Below, piece after piece: positions 11,382 to 21,959 of a stretch of 64,000 nucleotides of DNA. The notes under the pieces are model-generated. The model saw nothing but the letters and a program-made list of their open reading frames with translations. It was not told the origin of the DNA and did no database searches. The stretch lies in assembly GCA_963701965.1 (NCBI GenBank), contig OY969695.1, forward strand, positions 4,864,001 to 4,928,000, in the 5' to 3' direction. The first letter of the stretch is position 1, and each line of letters opens with the position of its first letter. This stretch comes from an uncultured Gemmatimonadales bacterium. GTDB taxonomy: Bacteria; Gemmatimonadota; Gemmatimonadetes; Gemmatimonadales; Gemmatimonadaceae. A program made the position numbers and the translations under genes.

Positions 11382-12420
11382 TCCCGCCGGCCCCCTGCGG
11401 GCGGCGCTCAAGACGCTCGCCCACGGACGCTCGCTGTCACGCCCGGACGTCCGGGCCGCGTTCGGCGTCATCATGCGCGGGGAGTCGACACCCGCGCTGA
11501 CGGCAGCGCTCCTCATGGGCCTCCGGGTCAAAGGCGAGACGTCCGACGAGTTGGCGGGAGCCGTCGAAGCGCTGCGCGATGCCATGGTCCTGCTGCCGGC
11601 CGAGGAGCGAAGTAGCCTGATCGACACGTGCGGCACGGGGGGCGGGGCCGTGCCTACGTTCAACATCTCCACGGCCGCGGCATTCGTCGCGGCGGCGGCC
11701 GGCGCCCGCGTGGCGAAACATGGCAATCGCTCGTACACCTCGCGCTGCGGCAGCGCCAATGTGCTCGAGGCGCTCGGGGTACCGCTCGAGGTGCCGCCAG
11801 CCGTCATGGCTGAAGTCCTGTCCCGCGCGGGGATCGTGTTCATGTTCGCGCCACTCATGCACCCGGCCATGCGACACGTCGGCCCGATCCGCAAAGAGCT
11901 CGGCGTGCCAACCATCATGAATCTCGTGGGCCCGCTCGCCAACCCGGCCGCGGCCACGCATCAGGTCATCGGCGTGGGCGACCGCGACCGGATGGCGCTG
12001 GTGGCCGGCGCGCTCAAAGCCCTGGGATTTTCTCATGCGCTCGTCGTCCACGGCGCGCCCGGCCTCGACGAGATCTCTCCGCTTGGGCCAACGGACGTGA
12101 TCGAGGTGCGCAATGGGGCGATCACCGAATGGCGGATCGACCCCGCCGCTCTCGGTCTCGCGGGCACCGTCGGGGATCTCGCCTGCGGCGATCCGTCCGA
12201 AAACGCCCGGATCATCCGCCGCGTCCTCGCCGGGGAAGGGCCCCCGGGGGCCTCAGCCGCCGTCGCGCTCAATGCCGGCGCCGCCATCTACGTGGCGGGC
12301 CTCGCGCCGACCTACGCCGCCGCGCTCCAGCGCGCCCGGGACCTGCTCAATACCGGTGAGGGTCTCGTCGCGCTCACGCGTATGGTCGAGGCGTACCACA
12401 CGGCGGGCGTCAAAGCCTAG
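11359..12420 (+). CDS. trpD: Anthranilate phosphoribosyltransferase
   Basis: DTCGTGG, FNIST, AKHGNRS and NLVGPLANP motifs; exact start uncertain. Confidence 0.95.
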   Translation: MERCTPPDPAGPLRAALKTLAHGRSLSRPDVRAAFGVIMRGESTPALTAALLMGLRVKGETSDELAGAVEALRDAMVLLPAEERSSLIDTCGTGGGAVPTFNISTAAAFVAAAAGARVAKHGNRSYTSRCGSANVLEALGVPLEVPPAVMAEVLSRAGIVFMFAPLMHPAMRHVGPIRKELGVPTIMNLVGPLANPAAATHQVIGVGDRDRMALVAGALKALGFSHALVVHGAPGLDEISPLGPTDVIEVRNGAITEWRIDPAALGLAGTVGDLACGDPSENARIIRRVLAGEGPPGASAAVALNAGAAIYVAGLAPTYAAALQRARDLLNTGEGLVALTRMVEAYHTAGVKA

Positions 12421-13025
12421 TACCGCCGCAGGACGCCGACGACGACCCCTTGGATCGAGATGTCGTTCTCGTGCACGTACATGGGGGCCATGGTCTCATT
12501 CGCCGGTTGAAGGCGGATCCGCCCGTCGCGCTCGCGATAAAACTTCTTGACGGTCGCTGAAGCTCCGGAGAGCATGGCGATGACCATCTCGCCGTTGTCC
12601 GCGCTCTGCCGCTCATTGACCACCACGAAATCGCCATCGCGGATGTGCTCGTCGATCATGGAATTCCCGCGAACGCGGAGCACATAGTGGCCGCCACCTC
12701 GGCGCACAAAATCTTCGGGGACCGCCACGCTTTCGTTTACGGCCATGGCCTCGATCGGCACACCCGCCGCCACCTGGCCGAGTAACGGCAACTCGACGGC
12801 GCGGGGAAAGGCCTCGGACGGCAGGATCTCGATGGCCCGACTCTCGTTGTAATGCCGCTTGATGTAGCCTTTCCTCTGCAGATTGCTGAGGTGCTCATGC
12901 ACGGTGGCCAACGAGTTATAGTTGAACTGCGACGCGATCTCCTCGAAGCTCGGCGCGTAGCCGTTGGCCTCGGTGTAGCTCGTGAGGAACGTCAGGATCT
13001 CGCGCTGCCGTTTGGTGAGCGGCAT
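12417..13025 (-). CDS. lexA: SOS transcriptional repressor LexA
   Basis: MPLTKRQREIL N-terminal wHTH, VAAG cleavage site, GNSM catalytic Ser, TVKK catalytic Lys, LQPAN. Confidence 0.96.
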   Translation of the reverse strand: MPLTKRQREILTFLTSYTEANGYAPSFEEIASQFNYNSLATVHEHLSNLQRKGYIKRHYNESRAIEILPSEAFPRAVELPLLGQVAAGVPIEAMAVNESVAVPEDFVRRGGGHYVLRVRGNSMIDEHIRDGDFVVVNERQSADNGEMVIAMLSGASATVKKFYRERDGRIRLQPANETMAPMYVHENDISIQGVVVGVLRRY

Positions 13026-13045
13026 GACCTGCCCTCGCTGATGTT

Positions 13046-13095
13046 GTTCGTCCCGAATAGCTTCCGAACCCCACGTTAGCCGAATATCACCCGAA
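13046..13095. promoter_or_regulatory. Candidate LexA operator: four direct CCGAA repeats forming two CCGAA-N6-CCGAA boxes
   Basis: CCGAA at 13053, 13064, 13080 and 13091 (spacings 11/16/11) in the 70-bp gap between divergent lexA and trpC. Confidence 0.6.
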
Positions 13096-13929
13096 GTGCA
13101 AGGCTTCCATCGCTGGCACCCGCCCTCGGGGATACTGGGTGCGCTGGTCGAACGCGCCCATGAGCGGGCGGCGGCATTGCGCGAGCAGGCCGGCGCGCTG
13201 CACGAGCTCGCCTTGGGATTACCGGTGCCGCCCGATTTCGCAGCGGCCCTCCGGCGTCCGGACGTTGCCGTCATTGCCGAGGTCAAGCGTCGTTCTCCGT
13301 CGCGCGGGGAGATCAATGGGTCCATCCGGGCCGGGCACCAGGCGGCGGCCTATGTCGCCGGCGGGGCGTCGGCGCTCTCGGTGCTCACGGAACCGGACCG
13401 CTTTGGCGGATCGCCCGCCGACCTCGCCGAGGCGCGAGCGCGCGTCGCGGTGCCGCTCCTCCGAAAGGACTTCATCGTCGACGAGGCCCAGATCGCCGAA
13501 GCGCGCACGCTCGGCGCCTCGGCGGTGCTGCTGATCGCCCGCGCCCTGCCGCCGTCGCGCGTGGCCGAGTTGGTGGCTGCCGCCACGGACCTCGGTTTGA
13601 CGCCGCTGGTGGAGATCCGGGACGAAGTGGAGTTGGCGGTCGCCCTCGATGCCCGCGCCCTGGTCCTCGGCGTCAACAATCGTAATCTCGAGACCCTCGA
13701 AGTCGACGCGGGCACCGCCGCCCGGATCATCCCCCACATCCCGCGCGAGCTCGTGGCGATCGCCGAGAGCGGGATCGCTGACCGGGCGCAGGTGGAGGCC
13801 GTCGCCGCCGCCGGGGCCGACGCCGTGCTGTGCGGTTCCGCCGTGTCAGCCGCCGCGGACCCGACCGCCGCGGTCCGGGCACTGGTCGGCGTCGCCCGAG
13901 ACGGCGCCGGACGGCAGTGCCGGACGTAA
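13096..13929 (+). CDS. trpC: Indole-3-glycerol phosphate synthase
   Basis: [33 protein letters not shown] and AESGI motifs. Confidence 0.96.
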   Translation: MQGFHRWHPPSGILGALVERAHERAAALREQAGALHELALGLPVPPDFAAALRRPDVAVIAEVKRRSPSRGEINGSIRAGHQAAAYVAGGASALSVLTEPDRFGGSPADLAEARARVAVPLLRKDFIVDEAQIAEARTLGASAVLLIARALPPSRVAELVAAATDLGLTPLVEIRDEVELAVALDARALVLGVNNRNLETLEVDAGTAARIIPHIPRELVAIAESGIADRAQVEAVAAAGADAVLCGSAVSAAADPTAAVRALVGVARDGAGRQCRT

Positions 13930-14562
13930 AGTTCTGCGGCCTCACCCGTCCGGGTGACGCGGAGACGGCCATGCGCTTGGGCGCGCGGTATGCCGGCGTC
14001 ATCTTCGCCGGAGGACCGCGACAGGTCACCGTCGCGCGCGCCCGCGAGGTGCTCGGGCCCGTGCGCGGCGCCCTGCGCTCCGTCGGCGTGTTCGGGTCCG
14101 TAACACCCGAAGCGATCGCCGGCGTCGTCGCCCAAGCCGCGCTCGACGTGGTGCAGCTCTCCGCCGATCCGACGCCGGAGTTCGTCGACGCCGTCCGCTC
14201 CGCCAGCGGTGCCGAAGTCTGGGCGGTCGTCCGCTGCACCACGGAGCTGCCGGGCGACGCCCACGCCCTGTTCGCGCGCGCCGACGCGGTGTTGCTGGAC
14301 GCCAAGGTCGCGGGGATGTTGGGCGGGACCGGCCGGACGCTCCCGTGGGCGGATCTGGCGCCGGCGCTCCGCGCCGCGCGCGGAACCCACGGCCGCGTCG
14401 TGTTGGCCGGCGGATTGAACGCGGAGAACGTGGCCCAGGCCGTGGCGGCGCTGGGACCGGACGTTGTCGACGTGTCGTCGGGCGTGGAGTCCGCGCCCGG
14501 CGTGAAAGACCACCATCAGAATGCGGGCGTTCGTCACGGCGCTCGCGGGGACCGATCAATGA
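13917..14562 (+). CDS. trpF: Phosphoribosylanthranilate isomerase (apparent +1 frameshift near the 3' end)
   Basis: GTG at 13917 gives [27 protein letters not shown] and VDVSSGVE. The canonical tail MRAFVTAL...* lies one base out of frame from 14521 and ends in TGA overlapping the trpB ATG. Confidence 0.9.
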
Positions 14563-15752
14563 GTAGCTCGTTGGCCACGCATGACCGCTTTGGCGCCTTT
14601 GGCGGCCGGTACGTCCCGGAGACCCTGATTCCGGCGATCGAGGAGCTGGACCAGGCCTTCGCCGATGCCCTGACGGACCCCGCATTCGTGGCCGAGTGGG
14701 ACGACCTCCTGCGGACCTATGTGGGCCGGCCATCGCCCCTCTCGACCGCCCCCAGGTTTTCCGAGATCGTGGGCGCCCCCGTCTATCTCAAGCGGGAGGA
14801 TCTCAATCACACGGGGGCCCACAAGATCAATAATACGGTCGGCCAAGCCCTGATTGCCCGACGCATGGGGAAACGCCGGATCATCGCCGAAACGGGGGCC
14901 GGCCAACACGGCGTGGCGACGGCCACGATTTGTGCCCGTTTCGGGTTGCAGTGCGTCGTGTACATGGGCGCGGAGGACATGCGCCGCCAGGAACTGAACG
15001 TGTACCGGATGCGGCTGATGGGAGCGTCGGTCATCCCGGTCGAGAGCGGCACGCGCACGCTCAAGGATGCCACTACGGAGGCCATCCGCGACTGGGTCAC
15101 CAACGTCACCGACAGCCATTACATAATTGGATCGGTTGTCGGCCCGGCCCCCTATCCTCGCATGGTGCGTCATTTCCAGTCCGTTATCGGCCGCGAAGCG
15201 CGCGAGCAGATCCTGGCGCGCGCCGGCAGGCTGCCGCGGACCGTGGTGGCCTGCGTCGGCGGCGGCTCCAACGCCATGGGGATCTTCGCGGGCTTCATCG
15301 ACGATGCGGACGTCGAGTTGGTGGGCGTCGAGGCCGCGGGTGAAGGGCTGGACAGCGGCCGTCACTCGGCGTCGCTCTCCCGCGGGACGCCGGGCGTCCT
15401 GCACGGATCCCTGAGCTACCTGCTGCAGGACGCGGCGGGCCAGGTCCACCCGGCCCATTCGATTTCGGCCGGCCTGGACTATCCGGGGGTCGGACCCGAG
15501 CACGCCTATCTCAAGGACAGCGGCCGCGCCCAGTACGTCGCCGTCACCGATACCGCGGCGCTCGAAGGCTTCGCGTTCTTGAGTCGCAACGAAGGGATCA
15601 TCCCGGCGTTGGAGACCGCCCACGCCATCTCTTGGATCACGGCATCGGCCGGGCGCTGGGCGTCCGACGAGCCGGTCCTGCTCTGCGTCAGTGGCCGGGG
15701 CGACAAGGATGTCGCCCAGATCCACCAGACGGGCGCGCTTCGGACGGGATGA
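14559..15752 (+). CDS. trpB: Tryptophan synthase beta chain
   Basis: [25 protein letters not shown] (PLP Lys), [28 protein letters not shown] and SGRGDKD motifs. Confidence 0.98.
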   Translation: MSSSLATHDRFGAFGGRYVPETLIPAIEELDQAFADALTDPAFVAEWDDLLRTYVGRPSPLSTAPRFSEIVGAPVYLKREDLNHTGAHKINNTVGQALIARRMGKRRIIAETGAGQHGVATATICARFGLQCVVYMGAEDMRRQELNVYRMRLMGASVIPVESGTRTLKDATTEAIRDWVTNVTDSHYIIGSVVGPAPYPRMVRHFQSVIGREAREQILARAGRLPRTVVACVGGGSNAMGIFAGFIDDADVELVGVEAAGEGLDSGRHSASLSRGTPGVLHGSLSYLLQDAAGQVHPAHSISAGLDYPGVGPEHAYLKDSGRAQYVAVTDTAALEGFAFLSRNEGIIPALETAHAISWITASAGRWASDEPVLLCVSGRGDKDVAQIHQTGALRTG

Positions 15753-17464
15753 ACGCGACGTCGGCCGCGGTCAGCGAGGACGAGGACGCGCCGGATACGC
15801 CGTTTCCGCCCGCGCCCATCGAGGAGATGCTCAAGCTCCTCGTCAAGGGTGTGCGCGCGCACCAGCTCTACCTGCACAACAATCCGACGTACATCAAGGC
15901 GTTTGATCTCTTGCGGGCCGGTTTTGCTCCCATCTGGGAGCAGACCGACCACTGCACGCTGACGATCACCGAGCATGCGTTCGTGTGGGAAGGCGCGGTC
16001 GTCCTCGACGAAGCGAACAAGTCGTCGGAAAGCCTGCCCTGGACGTTCTACAAGGACGGCGTTCGCGAGCTGCGCATCGAGAAAGGGTTCGAGGGCAATG
16101 ACCTCGTGGCGTTCCTGGACGTGATCCAGCGGGCGCGGCGGAACCAGGGCGATGAGGACGACATGCTGGTACTGCTCTGGGAGAACGATATGGCCCATCT
16201 GCGGTACCGGTACATCGACATCGGGAACGATACGACCGGCGTTCCCGACTTCTCACCGCAGCCGTCGGAGCCGCGGGCCATCGAGCCGCCGGGGCCGGAC
16301 GATGCGCCGTTGCCCGAGGAGAACCTGCTGGCCTCGCGCCCCGGCACCGTCAATCTCGAGGACTTCGACGCGACGCTCTATTTCCTCGATGAGCACGAGG
16401 TCGAGTATCTCAAGACGGCGGTCGCGCAGGAATACGCCAGCGACCTCCGGGCCAATGTGATCGCGATCCTGCTCGACATTTTCGAGCTGCAGCCGGATCC
16501 CGCGGTCCGGACGGAGATCGCCGAGATTCTCGACAACCTGATGTTGGTGCTGCTGTCGGCGTCGGCATTCCGCTCGGTGGCGTTCCTGATCAAAGAGACG
16601 CGCGACGCGGCGGAACGCGTGGCCGATCTGTCGCCGGAGCACCGCAAGCTGCTGGCGCGCATTCCCGACCGGCTCAGCGACCCGCAGGCCCTGTCGCAGG
16701 TGCTGCAGTCCCTGGACGAGGGGCACGAGCTGCCGCCGCAGGACGACCTCAACGCGCTGTTCGACCAGTTGGGTCCGCAGAGTATGGGGACGGTGTTCGA
16801 TTGGCTGGCACGCGTCGCCAGTCCCAGTCTGCGCACCCTGTTGCAAACGGCCGCCAGCCGCATCGCGGCCACCCACACCGCGGAATTGGTCCGCCTCATC
16901 GGCAACAGCGACCGCGTGGTGGCCATCGAGGCGATCCGCCGCGCTGGCGCGATGCGCAGCGCCGCGGCGGTGGCCCCGCTCGGGAAGCGGACGTCGGATC
17001 ATGATCCGGGGACGCGCCTGCAGGCCGTCCTGGCGCTCGCCGAGATCGGCTCGGCCGGCGCGCTCCAATGGCTGGAGCGGTCCGTCGACGACGCCGACCG
17101 CGATGTGCGGGTCGCCGTCGCCCGCGCTCTGGGTGGCCGCGCCTATCGGCCCGCGTTGCCGCGGTTCGAGGCGGTTGTGAAGAGCAAAGCGATCCGGGAG
17201 GCCGACCTCACGGAACGCATGGCGATGTTCGAGGCCTACGGTGCGCTCGCCGGAGACGCCGGCGTCGTGCTGCTGGACAAGATTCTCAACGAGCGGACGT
17301 TTCTCGGCAAGCGCGAAGATCCCGAGCTGCGCGCCTGCGCCGCGATGGCGCTGGGCCGCATCGGCACCGATCGCGCCACCGAGTCGCTGCGCAAGTCGGT
17401 GAACGAGAAAGAAGTCATCGTGCGCAATGCCGTGAGCAAAGCCCTGCGGGGAGGCCAGACATGA
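15749..17464 (+). CDS. HEAT/PBS-lyase-like repeat protein with uncharacterised N-terminal domain
   Basis: ATG overlaps the trpB stop; C-terminal repeats [45 protein letters not shown] and [12 protein letters not shown]. Confidence 0.85.
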   Translation: MNATSAAVSEDEDAPDTPFPPAPIEEMLKLLVKGVRAHQLYLHNNPTYIKAFDLLRAGFAPIWEQTDHCTLTITEHAFVWEGAVVLDEANKSSESLPWTFYKDGVRELRIEKGFEGNDLVAFLDVIQRARRNQGDEDDMLVLLWENDMAHLRYRYIDIGNDTTGVPDFSPQPSEPRAIEPPGPDDAPLPEENLLASRPGTVNLEDFDATLYFLDEHEVEYLKTAVAQEYASDLRANVIAILLDIFELQPDPAVRTEIAEILDNLMLVLLSASAFRSVAFLIKETRDAAERVADLSPEHRKLLARIPDRLSDPQALSQVLQSLDEGHELPPQDDLNALFDQLGPQSMGTVFDWLARVASPSLRTLLQTAASRIAATHTAELVRLIGNSDRVVAIEAIRRAGAMRSAAAVAPLGKRTSDHDPGTRLQAVLALAEIGSAGALQWLERSVDDADRDVRVAVARALGGRAYRPALPRFEAVVKSKAIREADLTERMAMFEAYGALAGDAGVVLLDKILNERTFLGKREDPELRACAAMALGRIGTDRATESLRKSVNEKEVIVRNAVSKALRGGQT

Positions 17465-18954
17465 CGGCCGGTGCCAAGCCCGCGGCGCCTCGCGCCCGCG
17501 AGGGCGTGTCCAACCCGCATCGCAACGAAGCCAGTAGCGACGCCGCGATCCGCCGGAGCGGCCGCGCGTTCATCGTCACGTTCTACGGGGCGCTCCGGGC
17601 CATCAAGCTCTATCCGCTGGAGAACGACGCCGTCCAGAAGGCGCTCGAGGATCTGACGCACGCCAGCCGCACACTCCTCGGCCAGGAGAAAGAGCTCGAG
17701 TTTCGGGCCAGCGGAGAGTTCATCTTCATCAATGCCACGCGGCTCCGCCTCGACGTCGACAACTACACGAGCTTCAGCAACCTGCTGTCGCTGTTCCGCG
17801 CCAGCGGCATCGGCTCGCTGCGGGTGCTCGATGGCGTCACGCCCCGCGACTGGATGGTCCTCCTCTCCCTCCTCCAGGCGCCGGGAGCTGACGGGCCGGA
17901 GGAACGATACTTTCAGCTGTCGGGGAAGCTGGAGCAGGCGCGCGTCGCCACCTTCGAGTTCGGACCGCCGCTCGACGCCGATCTGGACGCCCAGACGCAG
18001 GAGCAGGTGCGGGAGGCGGCGAAGCGGACGTACAAGCAATCGGTCGCCGTTACTAAAGAGTGCATCAACTCGGTGCGCTTGGGGAAAGCGCCCAACGTCA
18101 AGAAGCTCAAGCGCGTGGTACAGGGCATCGTCGACGCCATCCTGAACGACGAAACATCACTCTTCGGCCTGACCACGATCCGGGATTATGACGAGTACAC
18201 GTTCACGCACAGCGTCAACGTGTGTATCTTCTCAGTCGCCCTCGGCCGGCGGCTGGGGCTGGGCAAGCTCGAGTTGTACGACCTGGGACTGGCGGCGTTG
18301 TTTCACGACATTGGCAAGGCGCGCGTCCCGGTGGACGTGCTCAACAAGGCCGACGGACTGTCCGAGGAAGAGTGGCGGCTCATCACCAATCACCCGTGGC
18401 TTGGCGTGCTCTCCTTGTTCCGCATGCGCGGGTCGCAAGACCTGCCGTACCGGTCAATGGTGGTGGCATACGAGCACCACATGAAGTGCGATCTCTCGGG
18501 ATATCCGAAATCGGTGCGCCCGCGCGAGATGAGCATCTTCAGCAAGATCGTGGCGGTCGCCGACGGGTTCGATGCCGCCACCTCGCGCCGCACGTATCAG
18601 ACGGATCCGATGTCGCCGGCGTCGGTGTTGCAGGAGATGCGGGACAATCCGCGGCGGGGCATGGATTCGGTGGTCGTGAAGGCGTTCATCAACCTGCTCG
18701 GCCTCTACCCCGTGGGCACGCTGGTCGTGTTGGATACGTTCGAGTTGGGGATCGTGCACGCCGCGAACCCCAACCCCGAGATCATGTCGCGCCCGATCGT
18801 GCGCGTGGTCAGCGACCCGCAAGGCAATATCTTGTTCCCTGGGAGTTTGATCGATATGGCGGAGAAAACCGCCGCCGGCGTGTTCGCACGGACGATCATC
18901 AAAACGGCTGACCCTGAGCGATACGGCATCACGATTGGCGACTACTTCACCTGA
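17461..18954 (+). CDS. HD-GYP domain protein (putative cyclic dinucleotide phosphodiesterase)
   Basis: YTFTHSVNV, LFHDIGK, HPWLG, EHHMKCDLSGYP and IVAVADGFDAATSRRTY motifs; C-terminal YPVGTLV extension. Confidence 0.9.
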   Translation: MTAGAKPAAPRAREGVSNPHRNEASSDAAIRRSGRAFIVTFYGALRAIKLYPLENDAVQKALEDLTHASRTLLGQEKELEFRASGEFIFINATRLRLDVDNYTSFSNLLSLFRASGIGSLRVLDGVTPRDWMVLLSLLQAPGADGPEERYFQLSGKLEQARVATFEFGPPLDADLDAQTQEQVREAAKRTYKQSVAVTKECINSVRLGKAPNVKKLKRVVQGIVDAILNDETSLFGLTTIRDYDEYTFTHSVNVCIFSVALGRRLGLGKLELYDLGLAALFHDIGKARVPVDVLNKADGLSEEEWRLITNHPWLGVLSLFRMRGSQDLPYRSMVVAYEHHMKCDLSGYPKSVRPREMSIFSKIVAVADGFDAATSRRTYQTDPMSPASVLQEMRDNPRRGMDSVVVKAFINLLGLYPVGTLVVLDTFELGIVHAANPNPEIMSRPIVRVVSDPQGNILFPGSLIDMAEKTAAGVFARTIIKTADPERYGITIGDYFT

Positions 18955-19738
18955 CGGCACCCCCCGCGCGCTGAGCCAGCGCTTCACCGCGCTGCGCGCG
19001 CGCGGCGCCAAGGCGCTCGTCTGCTACATCACGGCCGGACACCCGGACCCCGCCCGGTCGCTCGAACTGCTTCGATCGCTGGAAGACGCGGGCGCTGACG
19101 TGGTCGAGCTGGGCGTGCCGTTCTCCGATCCACTCGCCGACGGCCCGGTCATTCAAGCGAGCTCGCAGCGCGCCCTGGATCAGGGGATGACCTACGACCG
19201 CGCGCTCGACCTGATCGACCGCGCCCGCCCCAAGATTCCCGTCGTTCTGTTCTCCTATCTCAACCCGGTCATGGCCGCCGGTGCGGACGCGCTGACGCGG
19301 GCCGCGGCTGCGGGCGCGTCGGGCGTCCTCATCACCGATCTTCCCGTTGGGGCGGACCCCGAGCGCGAGGCTTGGCTGGGCGACGGTCCGCTGGATTTCG
19401 TCCGGCTGGTGGCGCCGACCACGCCGCGCGACCGGATGGCCGAGATCGGGCGCCACGGCCGGGGATTCGTGTACTTGATCAGCCGTTTGGGGGTGACCGG
19501 CGCCCGGGCCGAGCTCCCAGCGGACCTGCCGGCCACCATCGACCGGCTGCGCTCGGCCACCACCTTGCCCATCTGCGTCGGGTTCGGGATCTCGCGCCCG
19601 GAACACGCGTCGGCCGTAGGGTCCCGGGCCGACGGGGTCGTGGTCGGCAGCGCACTGGTCTCGGCCGCAGAGACGGGCGTGCCGGCCGCCCTCGACCTGG
19701 TTCGCCAGCTCCGCACGGGTCTCGACGTTACGACGTAA
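18935..19738 (+). CDS. trpA: Tryptophan synthase alpha chain
   Basis: [40 protein letters not shown] and [11 protein letters not shown] motifs; TTG start uncertain. Confidence 0.96.
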   Translation: MATTSPDGTPRALSQRFTALRARGAKALVCYITAGHPDPARSLELLRSLEDAGADVVELGVPFSDPLADGPVIQASSQRALDQGMTYDRALDLIDRARPKIPVVLFSYLNPVMAAGADALTRAAAAGASGVLITDLPVGADPEREAWLGDGPLDFVRLVAPTTPRDRMAEIGRHGRGFVYLISRLGVTGARAELPADLPATIDRLRSATTLPICVGFGISRPEHASAVGSRADGVVVGSALVSAAETGVPAALDLVRQLRTGLDVTT

Positions 19739-19751
19739 TGGCCCCGCGCGT

Positions 19752-21830
19752 GTGTCAGGCGTGGGAACATTTCTTCGACGATATACCCGGGCGGTCGGAC
19801 TCTGCGGATCGCTCCTTCTGATCGCGGCCCTGACCGGCGACCGGTCCTGGAGCGCGCGCGTCCCGGCCATCCTCATTCTGGCCGCGCTGACGGTCGCCTT
19901 TCGCGTCGGGCAGATCCCGCTCACGAAATACTCGGCGGTGAACCTGCTGAGCACCGTGGCGGTCGGCGGCGCGCTGCTGGTCGGCGCGCCGGCCACCGCC
20001 CTGGCCCTGTATATCGGGGTGATGGTGGGCGACCTGCTGGTGCTCCGGAAGACGTTCGAGTTCGCGTGGATCAATGCCGGCCGGGAAGTCGTGGCGCTCA
20101 TCTCCGCCTTTGGGTTCTACGAGGCGGTCATGACGCACCTGGGCGCCCGGGCGCTCTCGGCCGACACGGTGCCCGCGGCCGCCTTGTTCGCGGTGATGTA
20201 CTTCACGCTCAGCCGGGCGCTGCTCTACTTCACGCTGCTGCTCCGCGACAAGCTGCTGGCCGACGAGTTGAGCCTCATCATCCGCTACGAGATGATCGCG
20301 TTCGGCGCCGGGATCGGGGGCGCCGGCGCGGCGTTGATCTCCATCGGGACGTACGGGTTCGGCGCGTGGCCGATGCTCATGGTGCTGGGCATCGGGGGCT
20401 ATGTGCTGAAGCGCGTGCTGGCGGAGTCGATCGCGGCCGAGGAGATGAACAACATTCACGCGGTCGATGAGGTGGTCACGGCCGATGTGGGATTGGCCGA
20501 AGCGTTCAACTGGATCGAGCGGCTGGCGCACCGGCTCGTGGATTGGGGGAGTCTCCGCATCTTCCGCCTGGGGCCGGATGGTCTGCGCCTGGTCTGGCGT
20601 TCTGGTGAAGGCCTCTTGAGCGAGCCGGAGCTGCCGGGGCCGGAAGGGGCCATGCTGCGGCGGCTGGCCATGGACACCGGGCGGCCGTGCGTGGTGATCG
20701 ACGCGTTGCGTGACCGACGGGTCGAGAACGCCCTGCCGGGGGCACGGAGCGGCATCGTGCTGCCGCTCCGGTTTGGGGAGCGCAAGGTCGGTCTCTTGGA
20801 AATCGACCATCACAAGCGGGCGGCGTACGGGCAAAAGGAAGTGGCGCTGGTGCAGCGCTTCGCCAATCAGCTGGCCACCACGCTGCACATCCACGACTTG
20901 CGCCGGCCGCTCATCGACGCGGTCACCAGTGTCGACCTGCAAGTGCGGACGCTCGGGGATTCGGCGCGGCTGCTCCGTGGGGGCGGCGAGGGCGTCGCGC
21001 GGCACATCGCCGACATCTCTCGCGGGATGGTCGCCGAGAGCGAGGAACTGGAGCGCAGTCTCGCCGTCACCCGGTCGCTCTACGACGCCACATCCGGTGT
21101 CGCGCGCGACGGCAACGCGGCGGCGGAGGCGAGCCGCCAGGCGACCGAGGTAGCCGGGAGGAACCGGAAGACGATCGCCGGCGCCATCGAGCGGCTGGTC
21201 GACGCCAAGGGCTTCGTGGGCGAGAGCAGTATGCGCATCGACGAGTTGACGCGGACGACGAAAGCGGTGACGGACTGCATCGCGTTGATCCGCGAAGTCG
21301 CCGAGCATACGGATTTGCTGGCCCTCAACGCGGCCATCGAGGCGGCCCGCGCGGGGGAGCGTGGGCGGGGATTCGCGGTGGTCGCCGATGAGGTCCGGAA
21401 GCTCGCCGAGCGCAGCGCCGGGGCGTCGGCCGAGGCTAACGAGATCATCCTCGGGTTCGAGGAGCAGATGCGGCGGGTGGCCGAGCAGATGGAGCGCGGG
21501 CGCGCCATTGTCGGCGACGTGGAGACCCTGTCCGAGACGGCGCTCGGCGCGCTCGACGTCATCGTCGCCTCGACCGCGACCAGCGCCGACCACGCCCAGC
21601 GCATCGCGCGCGTCAGTCGCGATCAGGAGCAGGAGTTCGCGCGGCTCCGCGAGCGCGTCGGGCGGATCGTCGAGATCGCCCAGCGCAACCGGACGGGCGC
21701 CGAGAACGTGGCCGCCTCGGCGCGCGACCAGGCAGCCGCACTGGTCGAGCTGGAAGGCGTCACGCGCGAGCTCCGCACAGTCGCCGGCTATCTCGGCGAG
21801 GTCTCCCGGCGAATTACCAACGCCGCCTAG
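19752..21830 (+). CDS. Chemoreceptor-like protein: multi-pass membrane domain, GAF domain and MCP signalling domain
   Basis: Several hydrophobic segments at the N-terminus; GAF-like [22 protein letters not shown] hairpin [36 protein letters not shown]. Confidence 0.9.
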   Translation: MSGVGTFLRRYTRAVGLCGSLLLIAALTGDRSWSARVPAILILAALTVAFRVGQIPLTKYSAVNLLSTVAVGGALLVGAPATALALYIGVMVGDLLVLRKTFEFAWINAGREVVALISAFGFYEAVMTHLGARALSADTVPAAALFAVMYFTLSRALLYFTLLLRDKLLADELSLIIRYEMIAFGAGIGGAGAALISIGTYGFGAWPMLMVLGIGGYVLKRVLAESIAAEEMNNIHAVDEVVTADVGLAEAFNWIERLAHRLVDWGSLRIFRLGPDGLRLVWRSGEGLLSEPELPGPEGAMLRRLAMDTGRPCVVIDALRDRRVENALPGARSGIVLPLRFGERKVGLLEIDHHKRAAYGQKEVALVQRFANQLATTLHIHDLRRPLIDAVTSVDLQVRTLGDSARLLRGGGEGVARHIADISRGMVAESEELERSLAVTRSLYDATSGVARDGNAAAEASRQATEVAGRNRKTIAGAIERLVDAKGFVGESSMRIDELTRTTKAVTDCIALIREVAEHTDLLALNAAIEAARAGERGRGFAVVADEVRKLAERSAGASAEANEIILGFEEQMRRVAEQMERGRAIVGDVETLSETALGALDVIVASTATSADHAQRIARVSRDQEQEFARLRERVGRIVEIAQRNRTGAENVAASARDQAAALVELEGVTRELRTVAGYLGEVSRRITNAA

Positions 21831-21959
21831 CGGCGCTGCGCGCCGGCTGGCGCCGGTTGCGCGCCGCGGATCACCAACGCTCACATAGCGGCGCTCGCCG
21901 CCGGCAGCGAGGGTGCGTTGCTCTGGGACAAATCATCATCCTGCCTACGACGATAGTCC

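Noticed and set aside
13830..15752. 640-aa TrpF-TrpB fusion as a genuine novel protein
   Set aside because: The canonical TrpF C-terminus and stop are present one base out of frame, so a single-base indel explains it better.
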